Positions 21,340-29,732 of a DNA stretch of 64,000 bases are shown here, one piece after another; the first letter of the stretch is position 1, and each line of letters opens with the position of its first letter. This DNA comes from Woeseiaceae bacterium (lineage in GTDB: Bacteria; Pseudomonadota; Gammaproteobacteria; Steroidobacterales; Woeseiaceae), in NCBI GenBank assembly GCA_021773115.1, contig JAJFKS010000006.1, forward strand, positions 375,266-439,265, written 5' to 3'. The position numbers were made by a program, and so were the translations under genes. The notes under the pieces are model-generated. The model did not search any database. It was not told the origin of the DNA and was given only the letters and a program-made list of their open reading frames with translations.

Positions 21340-22563
21340 TTACTGCAGCGCGAAGAAACACCCTGCGAGCGCTGCGTTCATCAGATTCACAAGTGTACCG
21401 CCAATGACAGCCCGAAGACCAAGCCTCGCAATATCCTGTCGCCGTGACGGCACCACCGCGCCCAGGCCGCCCAGCAAAATAGCGATTGAGGCCAGGTTCG
21501 AGAAGCCACAAAGTGCAAAAGTAACAACGAGTTGCGTGTGAGGCGACAAGGTGTCCTTAATTTGGACAAAATTGACGAAGGCGTAGAACTCATTAATCAC
21601 CAGTTTCTGCCCGATCAGACTGCCGGCCTGGATCGCCTCGCTCCAGGGCACACCCAACAGATAGGCAACCGGTGCAAACAGCTGGCCAAGCAACCACTGC
21701 AAGGTCAGTCCTTCGATGCCGAACCAGGCACCGACGCCGCTCATCACACCGTTCAGCAAATAGATCAGCCCAACGAAAGCAATCAGCATCGCGCCAACAC
21801 TGAGCGCGACCTGCATGCCGATCATCGCGCCATTGCCAATCGCTTCAAAAATATTGACGGGCTTGTTCTCTTCTTCCTCGACGAGCACGGACTGGTCAGC
21901 CGGCGTTTCAGTTTCGGGCATCATGATCTTGGCGATCAAGAGCCCACCCGGCGCGGCCATGAAACTTGCTGTGATCAAATATTTCAGGTCAACGCCCATC
22001 TGCGCGTAACCCATCATGACGGCGCCTGCAATCGTCGCGCAACCGCCCGTCATGACGGCAAACAGCTCGGATTGGCTCATGCGCGCAAGGTAGGGACGCA
22101 CGACCAGCGGTGCGTCAGTGTGGCCAACAAAAATATTCGACACCGCACTGACCGATTCCGCATGGCTGGTTTTCAGCAACTTGTGTAACCAACCGCCAAA
22201 TACACCAACAACGCGCTGCATGATACCGAGGTAGTACAGCACCGACATGAGTGCCGCAAAGAATACGATGATCGGTAAAACGTTGAAAGCGATGGTGAAT
22301 CCAAGGCTGTCGTTCAGCCTTTCGCCAAACAGGAAGCGAATGCCGTCGTTACCGTAATTGATAACGTACTGCACGCCCCTCACGACTTTGTCCAGTGCGT
22401 AACTGCCGGCAGGCACCAGCAACACGATGCCGCCTATAACGGCTTGAATAAGAAAGGCGATGGCAATCGTCCGTGTGTTGATCGCACGGCGATTATTCGA
22501 AAACAGCAAGGCGATCGCCAAGATAGTGACGACACCAACCAGCCCCATGATAATTTGCATCAA
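21340..22563 (-). CDS. nupC: NupC/CNT family nucleoside transporter (paralog 2)
   Basis: 407 aa, colinear with 12296..13516 ([33 protein letters not shown]). Confidence 0.85.
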   Translation of the reverse strand: MMQIIMGLVGVVTILAIALLFSNNRRAINTRTIAIAFLIQAVIGGIVLLVPAGSYALDKVVRGVQYVINYGNDGIRFLFGERLNDSLGFTIAFNVLPIIVFFAALMSVLYYLGIMQRVVGVFGGWLHKLLKTSHAESVSAVSNIFVGHTDAPLVVRPYLARMSQSELFAVMTGGCATIAGAVMMGYAQMGVDLKYLITASFMAAPGGLLIAKIMMPETETPADQSVLVEEEENKPVNIFEAIGNGAMIGMQVALSVGAMLIAFVGLIYLLNGVMSGVGAWFGIEGLTLQWLLGQLFAPVAYLLGVPWSEAIQAGSLIGQKLVINEFYAFVNFVQIKDTLSPHTQLVVTFALCGFSNLASIAILLGGLGAVVPSRRQDIARLGLRAVIGGTLVNLMNAALAGCFFALQ

Positions 22564-22661
22564 CTAGCCCCGAGCAAGTTTTTGACTGAAATGGACGGTA
22601 TTCGCAATTTCCGGAACTGACATTCCGGACCTCCTCGATACGGGTTGTCGTTACTTTTTCG

Positions 22662-22692
22662 AAAAAAAGGGCCCGCCAGGCGGGCCCTTTTT
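22662..22692 (-). terminator. bidirectional rho-independent terminator ending the oxidase operon
   Basis: GGGCCCG / CGGGCCC stem with a 5-nt loop, flanked by A7 (22662-22668) and T5 (22688-22692). On the minus strand it gives a T7 tail 18 nt after the coxIV-like stop. Confidence 0.85.
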
Positions 22693-22709
22693 CCGCTATT
22701 TAATGTTAT

Positions 22710-23054
22710 TCAGTGATGCCCTGGCGTCTCAACCTCCATTGTACTCTCGCCATAATGCTCAACCCGCGAGCCTTCCACGTAATGACCTTCAAGTGACATC
22801 AAGCCGATCAGCACCAGGATGGCGACCGGCGGCCCAAGGATCGCGAGTTTCAGCGCAATACGCTCCCAGCCCATGTGCATGAAGATCCAGACGATACCGC
22901 CTGCTTTTGCCAACATGAACAGCAGGATCAAGAAATGGCGGAGTAAACCCCTGTCCATGAAGTCAGTGAGGTAAGAAAAAGTACTGAGTACGAATAACGC
23001 ACTCCACATGATCCAGTAAATCTTGAGTGGATGTTGTGTTCCGTCAGCGGCCAT
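22710..23054 (-). CDS. cytochrome c oxidase subunit IV family small membrane protein
   Basis: 114 aa with three hydrophobic helices. It is the last gene of the cox operon, 17 nt after subunit III. The call rests on size, topology and position. Confidence 0.6.
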   Translation of the reverse strand: MAADGTQHPLKIYWIMWSALFVLSTFSYLTDFMDRGLLRHFLILLFMLAKAGGIVWIFMHMGWERIALKLAILGPPVAILVLIGLMSLEGHYVEGSRVEHYGESTMEVETPGHH

Positions 23055-23071
23055 AGCGAATTTCCTATTGC

Positions 23072-23755
23072 TTACCAGAGATAGAAGAATGCAAAAATGA
23101 ATACCCAGACGAGATCAACAAAGTGCCAGTAGAGTCCGGCGATCTCGACGATTTCATAGTTGCCGCCACGTCTCTCGTAAAAGCCGTTTTTGACGCGAAA
23201 TGCGACGACGAGTAGATAAATGACGCCGGCGGTCACGTGCATGCCGTGGAAGCCCGTTATCATAAAGAAACTTGAGCCGAACTGGGCAGCACCAAACGGG
23301 TTGCCCCATGGTCGCACGCCCTCGGAGATCAGCTTCGTCCACTCGAAGGCCTGCATACCGACAAACGAAGCGCCCAGCACCGCAGTCGCAACCATCAACC
23401 AGAAAGTCTTCTTGCGATCTTTCCGATAACCCATGTTGACCGCAAGTGCCATCGTGCCGGATGAGGTAATCAAGATGAAGGTCATGATCGCGATCAAGAG
23501 CAACGGCACCGGAACACCGAATGCGTCGAGTGCAAAGACCTCTGACGGATTCGGCCACGGATCCGTTGTCGAAATCCGCACCATCATGTAGCCCACCAGG
23601 AAGCAGCTAAAGATGAAAGTATCCGAGAGCAGGAAGATCCACATCATGGCCTTGCCCCAGGGCACGCCAAAGACCTGCTTGTCTCGAGACCAGTCTTCTA
23701 CAAGAGCTTCCCTGCCGGGTGTCTTTGCACCGTGTTCCAGTACTGCTTCTGACAT
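23072..23755 (-). CDS. cytochrome c oxidase subunit III
   Basis: 227 aa, polytopic, with the C-terminal signature GLYWHFVDLVWVFIFAFFYLW. Confidence 0.85.
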   Translation of the reverse strand: MSEAVLEHGAKTPGREALVEDWSRDKQVFGVPWGKAMMWIFLLSDTFIFSCFLVGYMMVRISTTDPWPNPSEVFALDAFGVPVPLLLIAIMTFILITSSGTMALAVNMGYRKDRKKTFWLMVATAVLGASFVGMQAFEWTKLISEGVRPWGNPFGAAQFGSSFFMITGFHGMHVTAGVIYLLVVAFRVKNGFYERRGGNYEIVEIAGLYWHFVDLVWVFIFAFFYLW

Positions 23756-23764
23756 GTCGACCCC

Positions 23765-24433
23765 TCAGGTCTGTAACAGCAATCCAAAAAGAACCAGCCA
23801 GACAAGCAACAGGAAGTGCCAGTAGATTGTGCACAGCTCAATGCTGCGACGAATCTGACCGACCTCCCCTTTGCCCAGAACGACTTTCATCGTCGCCCTG
23901 GCCCACACAATAAGACCGCCGACTATGTGGACGGCATGGGCACCTGTCAGGAAATAGAAGAAAGCATTCGACGGGTTGTTCGTTATGAACTGCCCGGAGT
24001 TCTGCAACTGTTGCCAGGCGACGAACTGACCGAGTACGAAGCCAAGCGTGAGTATGCCGGTGATGATCAGGCCGGGTTGCAATCGGGCTTGCTGACCCGC
24101 GATTGCCGCATTACGCGTCCATTGCAGGACGCCGCTCGCGATGACCAGCATGACGGTGTTCATCCACAGCAACTGCGGCTCTGTCATCGGAACCCAGTCG
24201 CCCAATTCCATGCGCAACGCGTAGGCGCTGAGGATCAGCGCGAAAAAGGACGAGACAACCGCCAACAGACCGAGTAGTGCGATCAGCTTGCTTTTGTCGT
24301 CACCTAACGGACCGTAATGTGCGGTGTCACTGACGACTTCCATTTCCCACGGTGCCGAGTTGAAGGTCTGCTTTAGCAGCCATCCAAGCAAGGTGGCGAG
24401 AATAATCGCCAGGAAACCGAGCGCGATTGTCAC
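23765..24433 (-). CDS. cytochrome c oxidase subunit III-like paralog
   Basis: 222 aa, polytopic, with C-terminal TIYWHFLLLVWLVLF. The GTG start overlaps the subunit I stop (GTGA). Confidence 0.75.
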   Translation of the reverse strand: MTIALGFLAIILATLLGWLLKQTFNSAPWEMEVVSDTAHYGPLGDDKSKLIALLGLLAVVSSFFALILSAYALRMELGDWVPMTEPQLLWMNTVMLVIASGVLQWTRNAAIAGQQARLQPGLIITGILTLGFVLGQFVAWQQLQNSGQFITNNPSNAFFYFLTGAHAVHIVGGLIVWARATMKVVLGKGEVGQIRRSIELCTIYWHFLLLVWLVLFGLLLQT

Positions 24434-26220
24434 TTGTGCTCCTTTGTCGCGACAATGGCGTGTTCACCACCGTGTTCGCGTCCCGCCGGCGCATCGTCAG
24501 CTGAAACGTTCTGCGGTATGAAATCTTCCTCATGACCCGGCACGCTGTAGTCGTAAGCCCATCGATGAACAACGGGCAACTCGTGGCCCCAGTTGCCGTG
24601 TTTTGGCGGATGATCCGGTGTCTGCCATTCGAGCGTCGTCGCATCCCAGGGATTGGGATCCGACTTCGGTCCCTTCCAGAGACTCCAGATCATGTTCGCG
24701 AAGAACAGGATTTGCGTGCAGGCCACGAACAACGCGGAAATCGTTATCGCGGCATTGAGGTCCTGCGCCGACTCCGGCAGGAACTCGGTATTTCCCATCG
24801 CGAAGTAGCGGCGCGGCACGCCGGCAAAGCCGAGGTAATGCATCGGCAGATAGATCGCGTAGGTGCCAAGGAAGGTCATCCAGAAGTGCCACTTACCGAG
24901 CGTTTCGTTGTACATCTTGCCGGTAATCTTCGGCCACCAGTGATAGATAGCACCGAACACGACCAGAATGGGCGAGACGCCCATGACCATGTGGAAGTGT
25001 GCGACGACGAAATAGGTATCCGACAGCGGTAGGTCAATCGTCACGTTGCCCAGGAACAAACCGGTCAAGCCGCCATGAATGAAGGTGAAGATAAAGCCGA
25101 TCGCGAACAGCATTGGCACCCGCAAGTGGATGTTGCCCTCCCACAGCGTCAGCACCCAGTTGTAAACCTTGATGGCCGTCGGCACGGCGATGATCAAGGT
25201 AGTTGTCGCGAAGAAGAATCCGAAATACGGGTTCATGCCACTGACGTACATGTGATGCGCCCAGACAACGAAGCTCAAGCCGCCGATCGCAATGATCGCC
25301 CAGACCATCATGCGGTAGCCGAAAATATTCTTGCGCGCGTGCGTACTCAGCAGATCCGAGACGATACCGAAAGCCGGCAGTGCGACGATGTAGACCTCGG
25401 GATGCCCGAAGAACCAGAACAGGTGCTGAAACAGGATCGGGCTACCGCCGGTATAACCCGGATCCGTGCCCATTGAGCTGATCGCTGGCATGAAGAAACT
25501 CGTCATCAAGGTCTTGTCGAGCAACATCATGATCGCGCTGACCAGCAGGGCCGGAAATGCCAGCAGGCCGAGAACAGTCGCTGTGAAGATGCCCCAAACC
25601 GACAATGGCATGCGCATCAGCGTCATGCCTTTGCAACGCGCCTGCAGGACCGTCGTGATGTAATTCAGGCCACCCATTGTGAACGCGACGATGAACACAG
25701 CGAGGGACACCAGCATCAGGATAATGCCCAAATCAACGCCGGGCGTACCTGCCATGATTGCCTGCGGCGGATACAGTGTCCAACCGGCGCCAGTCGAGCC
25801 GCCGGGTACGAAAAAGCTTACGACCAGAATGATGACCGACAGGAGGTAAACCCAGTAGCTCAGCATGTTCAGGTACGGAAACACCATGTCCCGCGACCCG
25901 ACCATCAGCGGGATCAGGTAATTACCGAAGCCGCCAAGGAACAGCGCCGTCAGCAGGTAGATCACCATGATCATGCCGTGCATCGTGATGAACTGGTAAT
26001 AATTCTCCGGGTTGATAAACGTGAATTCGTCAGGGAAGCCAAGTTGCAGCCGCATCATGGCCGACAGACCCAGTGCAATCAGCCCGACAAAAATTGCCGT
26101 CAGTCCGTATTGAACCGCGATGACCTTGTGGTCCTGGCTCCAGATATATTTGGTAATGAACGTTTGCGGATCGTGGTGTTCTTGCTCGTGGTCACGATCG
26201 GCGATTGCAACGTAAGACAT
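24430..26220 (-). CDS. cytochrome c oxidase subunit I (haem-copper oxidase)
   Basis: Motifs HLFWFFGHPEVYI, VWAHHMYVSG and VVAHFHMVMG. 596 aa, polytopic. Confidence 0.95.
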   Translation of the reverse strand: MSYVAIADRDHEQEHHDPQTFITKYIWSQDHKVIAVQYGLTAIFVGLIALGLSAMMRLQLGFPDEFTFINPENYYQFITMHGMIMVIYLLTALFLGGFGNYLIPLMVGSRDMVFPYLNMLSYWVYLLSVIILVVSFFVPGGSTGAGWTLYPPQAIMAGTPGVDLGIILMLVSLAVFIVAFTMGGLNYITTVLQARCKGMTLMRMPLSVWGIFTATVLGLLAFPALLVSAIMMLLDKTLMTSFFMPAISSMGTDPGYTGGSPILFQHLFWFFGHPEVYIVALPAFGIVSDLLSTHARKNIFGYRMMVWAIIAIGGLSFVVWAHHMYVSGMNPYFGFFFATTTLIIAVPTAIKVYNWVLTLWEGNIHLRVPMLFAIGFIFTFIHGGLTGLFLGNVTIDLPLSDTYFVVAHFHMVMGVSPILVVFGAIYHWWPKITGKMYNETLGKWHFWMTFLGTYAIYLPMHYLGFAGVPRRYFAMGNTEFLPESAQDLNAAITISALFVACTQILFFANMIWSLWKGPKSDPNPWDATTLEWQTPDHPPKHGNWGHELPVVHRWAYDYSVPGHEEDFIPQNVSADDAPAGREHGGEHAIVATKEHK

Positions 26221-26231
26221 AGAATATCGAC

Positions 26232-27584
26232 CTATAGAGTATTGATGTAGGCAATGATGTCGTCCACTGCCTGCTCGTCATGCAGTGACTGTCCCATCAG
26301 TCCCATCTGGAACCCGTAATAATCACCGGGGTGGGCGCCGCGCACGCCTGCTTTGAAATTATCAAGCTGTCGGGCGATGTACCAATCCGACATGCCCGCG
26401 ATTCGGGGTGCGTTCAGCGCTTGCCTGCCCATGCCATCACCGCCGTGACAGTAAGCACACACCGCATACAATTTTTGACCGTGTTCGAGGTCGCCATCGA
26501 TGCTCGTGGCCGGCGGATTATCAGGGAAGGTCGCAATATGTGCGGTGACATTATCAATCGCCGCATCGTCAGCCAGTGTAGCTACCATGCCAACCATCTG
26601 CTGCCCGAATTGGTCCTCCGGATGCACTCCACGGAGTCCGCGCTTGTAATTCTGCACCTGGCGCTTGATGTACCAGGACGGCAAGCCGGCGATTTTCGGC
26701 GCATTCATGGCAACATTGCCCTCACCCTTCTGGCCATGGCACGCGGCACAAACGCCATACTGTGCAGCACCAATAGTCGCATTGCCGTCCGGTGTCGCCA
26801 TGTGTTCAGCGAAAGTCGTCTGGCGAGCCAGCCAGGTGTTGAATTCCTGCTGTTCGTCGACGATGACGGCACCGCGCATGGTGTGGTGACCGATTCCGCA
26901 CAGCTCTTCGCACAGAATCTCGAAACGGCCGCTTTTGGTGGGTGTCAGCCACAGAAAGGTATTCATGCCCGGCACCAGGTCCATCTTGACTCGAAACTGG
27001 GCAACCGCGAAGTCATGCAGCACGTCCTTGGAGCGCAGCAGGAACTTGACCGGGCGATCCAGCGGTATGTGGGCTTCCGGGCTGTACACAACGATATCGT
27101 CCTGACCGTGTGGGTCTTCGGGATCGATGCCGAACGGATTTCGACTGGAGACGCGCTCATTATCGACTTCGCCGAGCTTGCCGTCCTTACCGGGGTAGCG
27201 GAACGTCCAGTGCCATTGCTGGCCGACGGCTTCCACGACGTGCGCGTCATCGGGCACGCTGACAAACTGGTCCCAGACGACAAGTCCTGGTGTCAGCATC
27301 GCGGCGACGCCTACGGCCGTCAGGCCGGTCAGCCAGGATTCGAGCTTCTTGTTTTCGGGCTCGTAGGTTGCACGCGCACCTTTTTTGTAACGAAACTTGA
27401 TCACGCAGTAGGCCATGAACAAGTTGACCGCCACGAACACGACACCGGTAACCCACAGCGTGATATCGACGGTAAAGTCCACCATTGACCAGTTGGATGC
27501 CAACTCGGTAAAAGTCCATGGACTTAGGATGTGGAAGAGAATGGAGCCGACAACGAGCAGAATCAGAACAACAGCGAAAGGCAT
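26232..27584 (-). CDS. cytochrome c oxidase subunit II fused to two cytochrome c (c4-like) domains
   Basis: Two N-terminal TM helices, the CuA site VLHDF...CEELCGIGHHTM, then tandem homologous modules with CAACHGQKGEGN...NAPKIAG and CAYCHGGDGMG...NAPRIAG. Confidence 0.9.
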   Translation of the reverse strand: MPFAVVLILLVVGSILFHILSPWTFTELASNWSMVDFTVDITLWVTGVVFVAVNLFMAYCVIKFRYKKGARATYEPENKKLESWLTGLTAVGVAAMLTPGLVVWDQFVSVPDDAHVVEAVGQQWHWTFRYPGKDGKLGEVDNERVSSRNPFGIDPEDPHGQDDIVVYSPEAHIPLDRPVKFLLRSKDVLHDFAVAQFRVKMDLVPGMNTFLWLTPTKSGRFEILCEELCGIGHHTMRGAVIVDEQQEFNTWLARQTTFAEHMATPDGNATIGAAQYGVCAACHGQKGEGNVAMNAPKIAGLPSWYIKRQVQNYKRGLRGVHPEDQFGQQMVGMVATLADDAAIDNVTAHIATFPDNPPATSIDGDLEHGQKLYAVCAYCHGGDGMGRQALNAPRIAGMSDWYIARQLDNFKAGVRGAHPGDYYGFQMGLMGQSLHDEQAVDDIIAYINTL

Positions 27585-27806
27585 ACTTCATGCATCCTTT
27601 GAAGGTCGTGCGATTGAGTACCGACAAGCGTCTTTAAAAGCTGCCGATTTTCTTAATCTTATACAGTTCGCGTTGTGGCCATTTCTTCGCAATCCCCATT
27701 GCGACAGTGGCGTTGGTACCCAGATGTTACACAGGCTCTGGCAAGATACCGGCGAACTGATCCCAGCGACCGAGGATAGTGCAATCAACGGGTATTTGCT
27801 ACAGCT

Positions 27807-28202
27807 TCAAAGGCCGATATCGTCCCTGACCTTCCGCCTGGCTTTGTCAATGTCGGATTGCAGATCATCAAGTTCCTGTCGAAGCGGGCTCGTCAACATC
27901 GCGGATTGAGCATTCCATTCGATAATTGGCGATACGACCGTCGCGACCGGCGAAGTGTCCCGCGTCGCCTGAGGCAGCTCTTCACGCTCTGTGCGAACGT
28001 TGAAAACTGTAATGAGTAGCAGCGCCGCGGTGACGCCGGTCAGGCTGCTCGCCCACCAGAAGACCGCCGGGCGTTGTCTCGGCGCCTCGCGCTCGGGGCT
28101 CAGGCCCTGAAGCGACGCGGCGATGCGTCGCTCGAGATCGTCCGAGACCTTGACGTCGATCATCTCGGCGTCTCGCTTGAGTTGTTCAGCTAGCTTATCC
28201 AT
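27807..28202 (-). CDS. putative single-pass anti-sigma factor (call by position only)
   Basis: 131 aa with one TM (FWWASSLTGVTAALLLITVF). It overlaps the ECF sigma stop by 8 nt. There is no HxxxCxxC zinc motif. Confidence 0.4.
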   Translation of the reverse strand: MDKLAEQLKRDAEMIDVKVSDDLERRIAASLQGLSPEREAPRQRPAVFWWASSLTGVTAALLLITVFNVRTEREELPQATRDTSPVATVVSPIIEWNAQSAMLTSPLRQELDDLQSDIDKARRKVRDDIGL

Positions 28203-28743
28203 AGACTTCGGCTCCCTCGCTCTGGCGGTTCAGATCGGCATCCAGGGCCTTGCGGGCACGCAGCAAGTTGACCTTGGTCCAGGACGTCGATCGATCCAGA
28301 GCCTGTGAAATATCCTTGATTGACATATCCTCGGCATAGCGCAGCCAGGTTGCTGCGAACACCTCATCGCCCAGTACCCGCCGCGCACTTACCCAGAGAT
28401 TTTCCGCCTCGGATGACGCGATGCACTGCACCAATGGATCGCTCTCTTCGTCGCTGAGGTCACCGAGTTCAACGACATTTTCTCTGCGAATCTTGTGCGC
28501 GTTGCGAATAGCGATTCGATACAGCCAGGTGCTGAAGCGCCAGCGAGGATCGTAGGAGTTGAGATAGCGATACGCTGCGATGAATGTGTCCTGCAAAGCG
28601 TCCTCGGCATCGGCGAAACTTGCGCAACGCGTCAGAAGAAATCGCAACAGGCGCACCTGGTAAAGACGAACGAGGTCCGCGAATGCATCGCTGGACCCCG
28701 CTTTCGCGGCTTCGATGAGAATGTGCTCATCGCTTTGTCGCAT
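28195..28743 (-). CDS. ECF-type RNA polymerase sigma-70 family factor
   Basis: 182 aa. Region 2 (FADLVRLYQVRLLRFLLTRC...DALQDTFIAAYR...STWLYRIAIRNA) and a region 4 HTH (MSIKDISQALDRSTSWTKVNLLRARKAL). Confidence 0.85.
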   Translation of the reverse strand: MRQSDEHILIEAAKAGSSDAFADLVRLYQVRLLRFLLTRCASFADAEDALQDTFIAAYRYLNSYDPRWRFSTWLYRIAIRNAHKIRRENVVELGDLSDEESDPLVQCIASSEAENLWVSARRVLGDEVFAATWLRYAEDMSIKDISQALDRSTSWTKVNLLRARKALDADLNRQSEGAEVYG

Positions 28744-29675
28744 CAGTTCTTGAGATTCTCGACTACGACCCTGGGATCGATCGCCATCGAGATGCTCAAG
28801 CTGTTGCCCTTGGTATCGACTCGCGTACCGCGCAGCACAGCCATGGTTTCAGCGTCCAGGTCATCGCTGAATGCAGCGAGACTGATCACTCCGCGTACGA
28901 CGCTCGCCAATGAATTCGCCATCTCCGCCTCAGTGGTCGTAAGCTGCGCTTCGACCGCCAACTTGTCCGCCGCCGCCGCGATCAGCAATGCAGCCTGTTC
29001 CGTATTGCGAAGCACGTTGGAATCCCAGGCATCATCGCCCAGCGCACTGGCTCGCATACCCGCCTGCACCAGGGTTTTCTCGGCACTAAGGACCAGCAAT
29101 GCGCCCTTTCGCCCGCCGCTTCCGGGAATCCTGCCCTTATTGGCGAGCAACTCCTGCATCTGGCCTTCGCTCGACGTCACAATAATCTTGTTGTTGACGG
29201 CGGTTGAGATGTACGACTCTTTTTTCAAATCGTCGATCTGGAACTTGATGTTACCGGCATCGTAGGAAATGTCGTCGTCAATATCCTCATTGCCGGCGAA
29301 TCGATAATAGGTTTTTCCGGATGACTTCAACGGGTTGATGTCACCGCCTGACGCGATGAAGGCCATCGTAATGTCCTTCGTGGTCTGGCTGAAGTTACCC
29401 TCCGCCACGAGCACAGCTTTGCCGTCCTCCATCGAGTAGGCTGTCAGCCGGTCAAATTCGCGTTCGATATCGAGGCCCGAATCACTCTTGATGTCATCCA
29501 TGACTTCGTCGCGCAGCCAGTCGTAGACCGCTTTTCCCGGGCCACCTGAGCGCATTTGCTGGAGATCGACGTAAAAATACCAGCTGGCTGCACCGGGAAC
29601 ATCACGGGCATCCGCCATCGATGCCATGGGAAGCGCCAGCAGCAAACTGACGAGGAGAACATTTAGCTTACGCAT
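28743..29675 (-). CDS. hypothetical secreted protein (no family recognised)
   Basis: Signal peptide MRKLNVLLVSLLLALPMASMADA, 310 aa, no Cys. Its stop overlaps the sigma-factor ATG (ATGA). Codon usage and composition look native. Confidence 0.7.
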   Translation of the reverse strand: MRKLNVLLVSLLLALPMASMADARDVPGAASWYFYVDLQQMRSGGPGKAVYDWLRDEVMDDIKSDSGLDIEREFDRLTAYSMEDGKAVLVAEGNFSQTTKDITMAFIASGGDINPLKSSGKTYYRFAGNEDIDDDISYDAGNIKFQIDDLKKESYISTAVNNKIIVTSSEGQMQELLANKGRIPGSGGRKGALLVLSAEKTLVQAGMRASALGDDAWDSNVLRNTEQAALLIAAAADKLAVEAQLTTTEAEMANSLASVVRGVISLAAFSDDLDAETMAVLRGTRVDTKGNSLSISMAIDPRVVVENLKN

Positions 29676-29732
29676 TGCACACCCTTAAAATTTGTATTGA
29701 TACTGACTTATAGGGCGTCTGGCAGGATTTGG

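Noticed and set aside
22564-22660. Possible riboswitch or attenuator in the 97-nt leader of nupC paralog 2 (two TCCGGA palindromes at about 22609-22637).
   Set aside because: It forms a short, weak stem, with no resemblance to any riboswitch class I know and no alternative-pairing logic visible.
27588-27788. 66-aa ORF on the minus strand in the 222-nt spacer between the anti-sigma-like gene and coxII.
   Set aside because: It has no RBS, a Cys/Arg-rich composition and no family resemblance. The spacer is more simply the cox promoter and 5' UTR.
27775-27788. FNR/Anr-like box upstream of the oxidase operon (minus-sense TTGATTGCACTATC).
   Set aside because: Only the TTGAT half-site matches. The second half (CTATC) does not fit ATCAA, so this is not a credible TTGAT-N4-ATCAA site.
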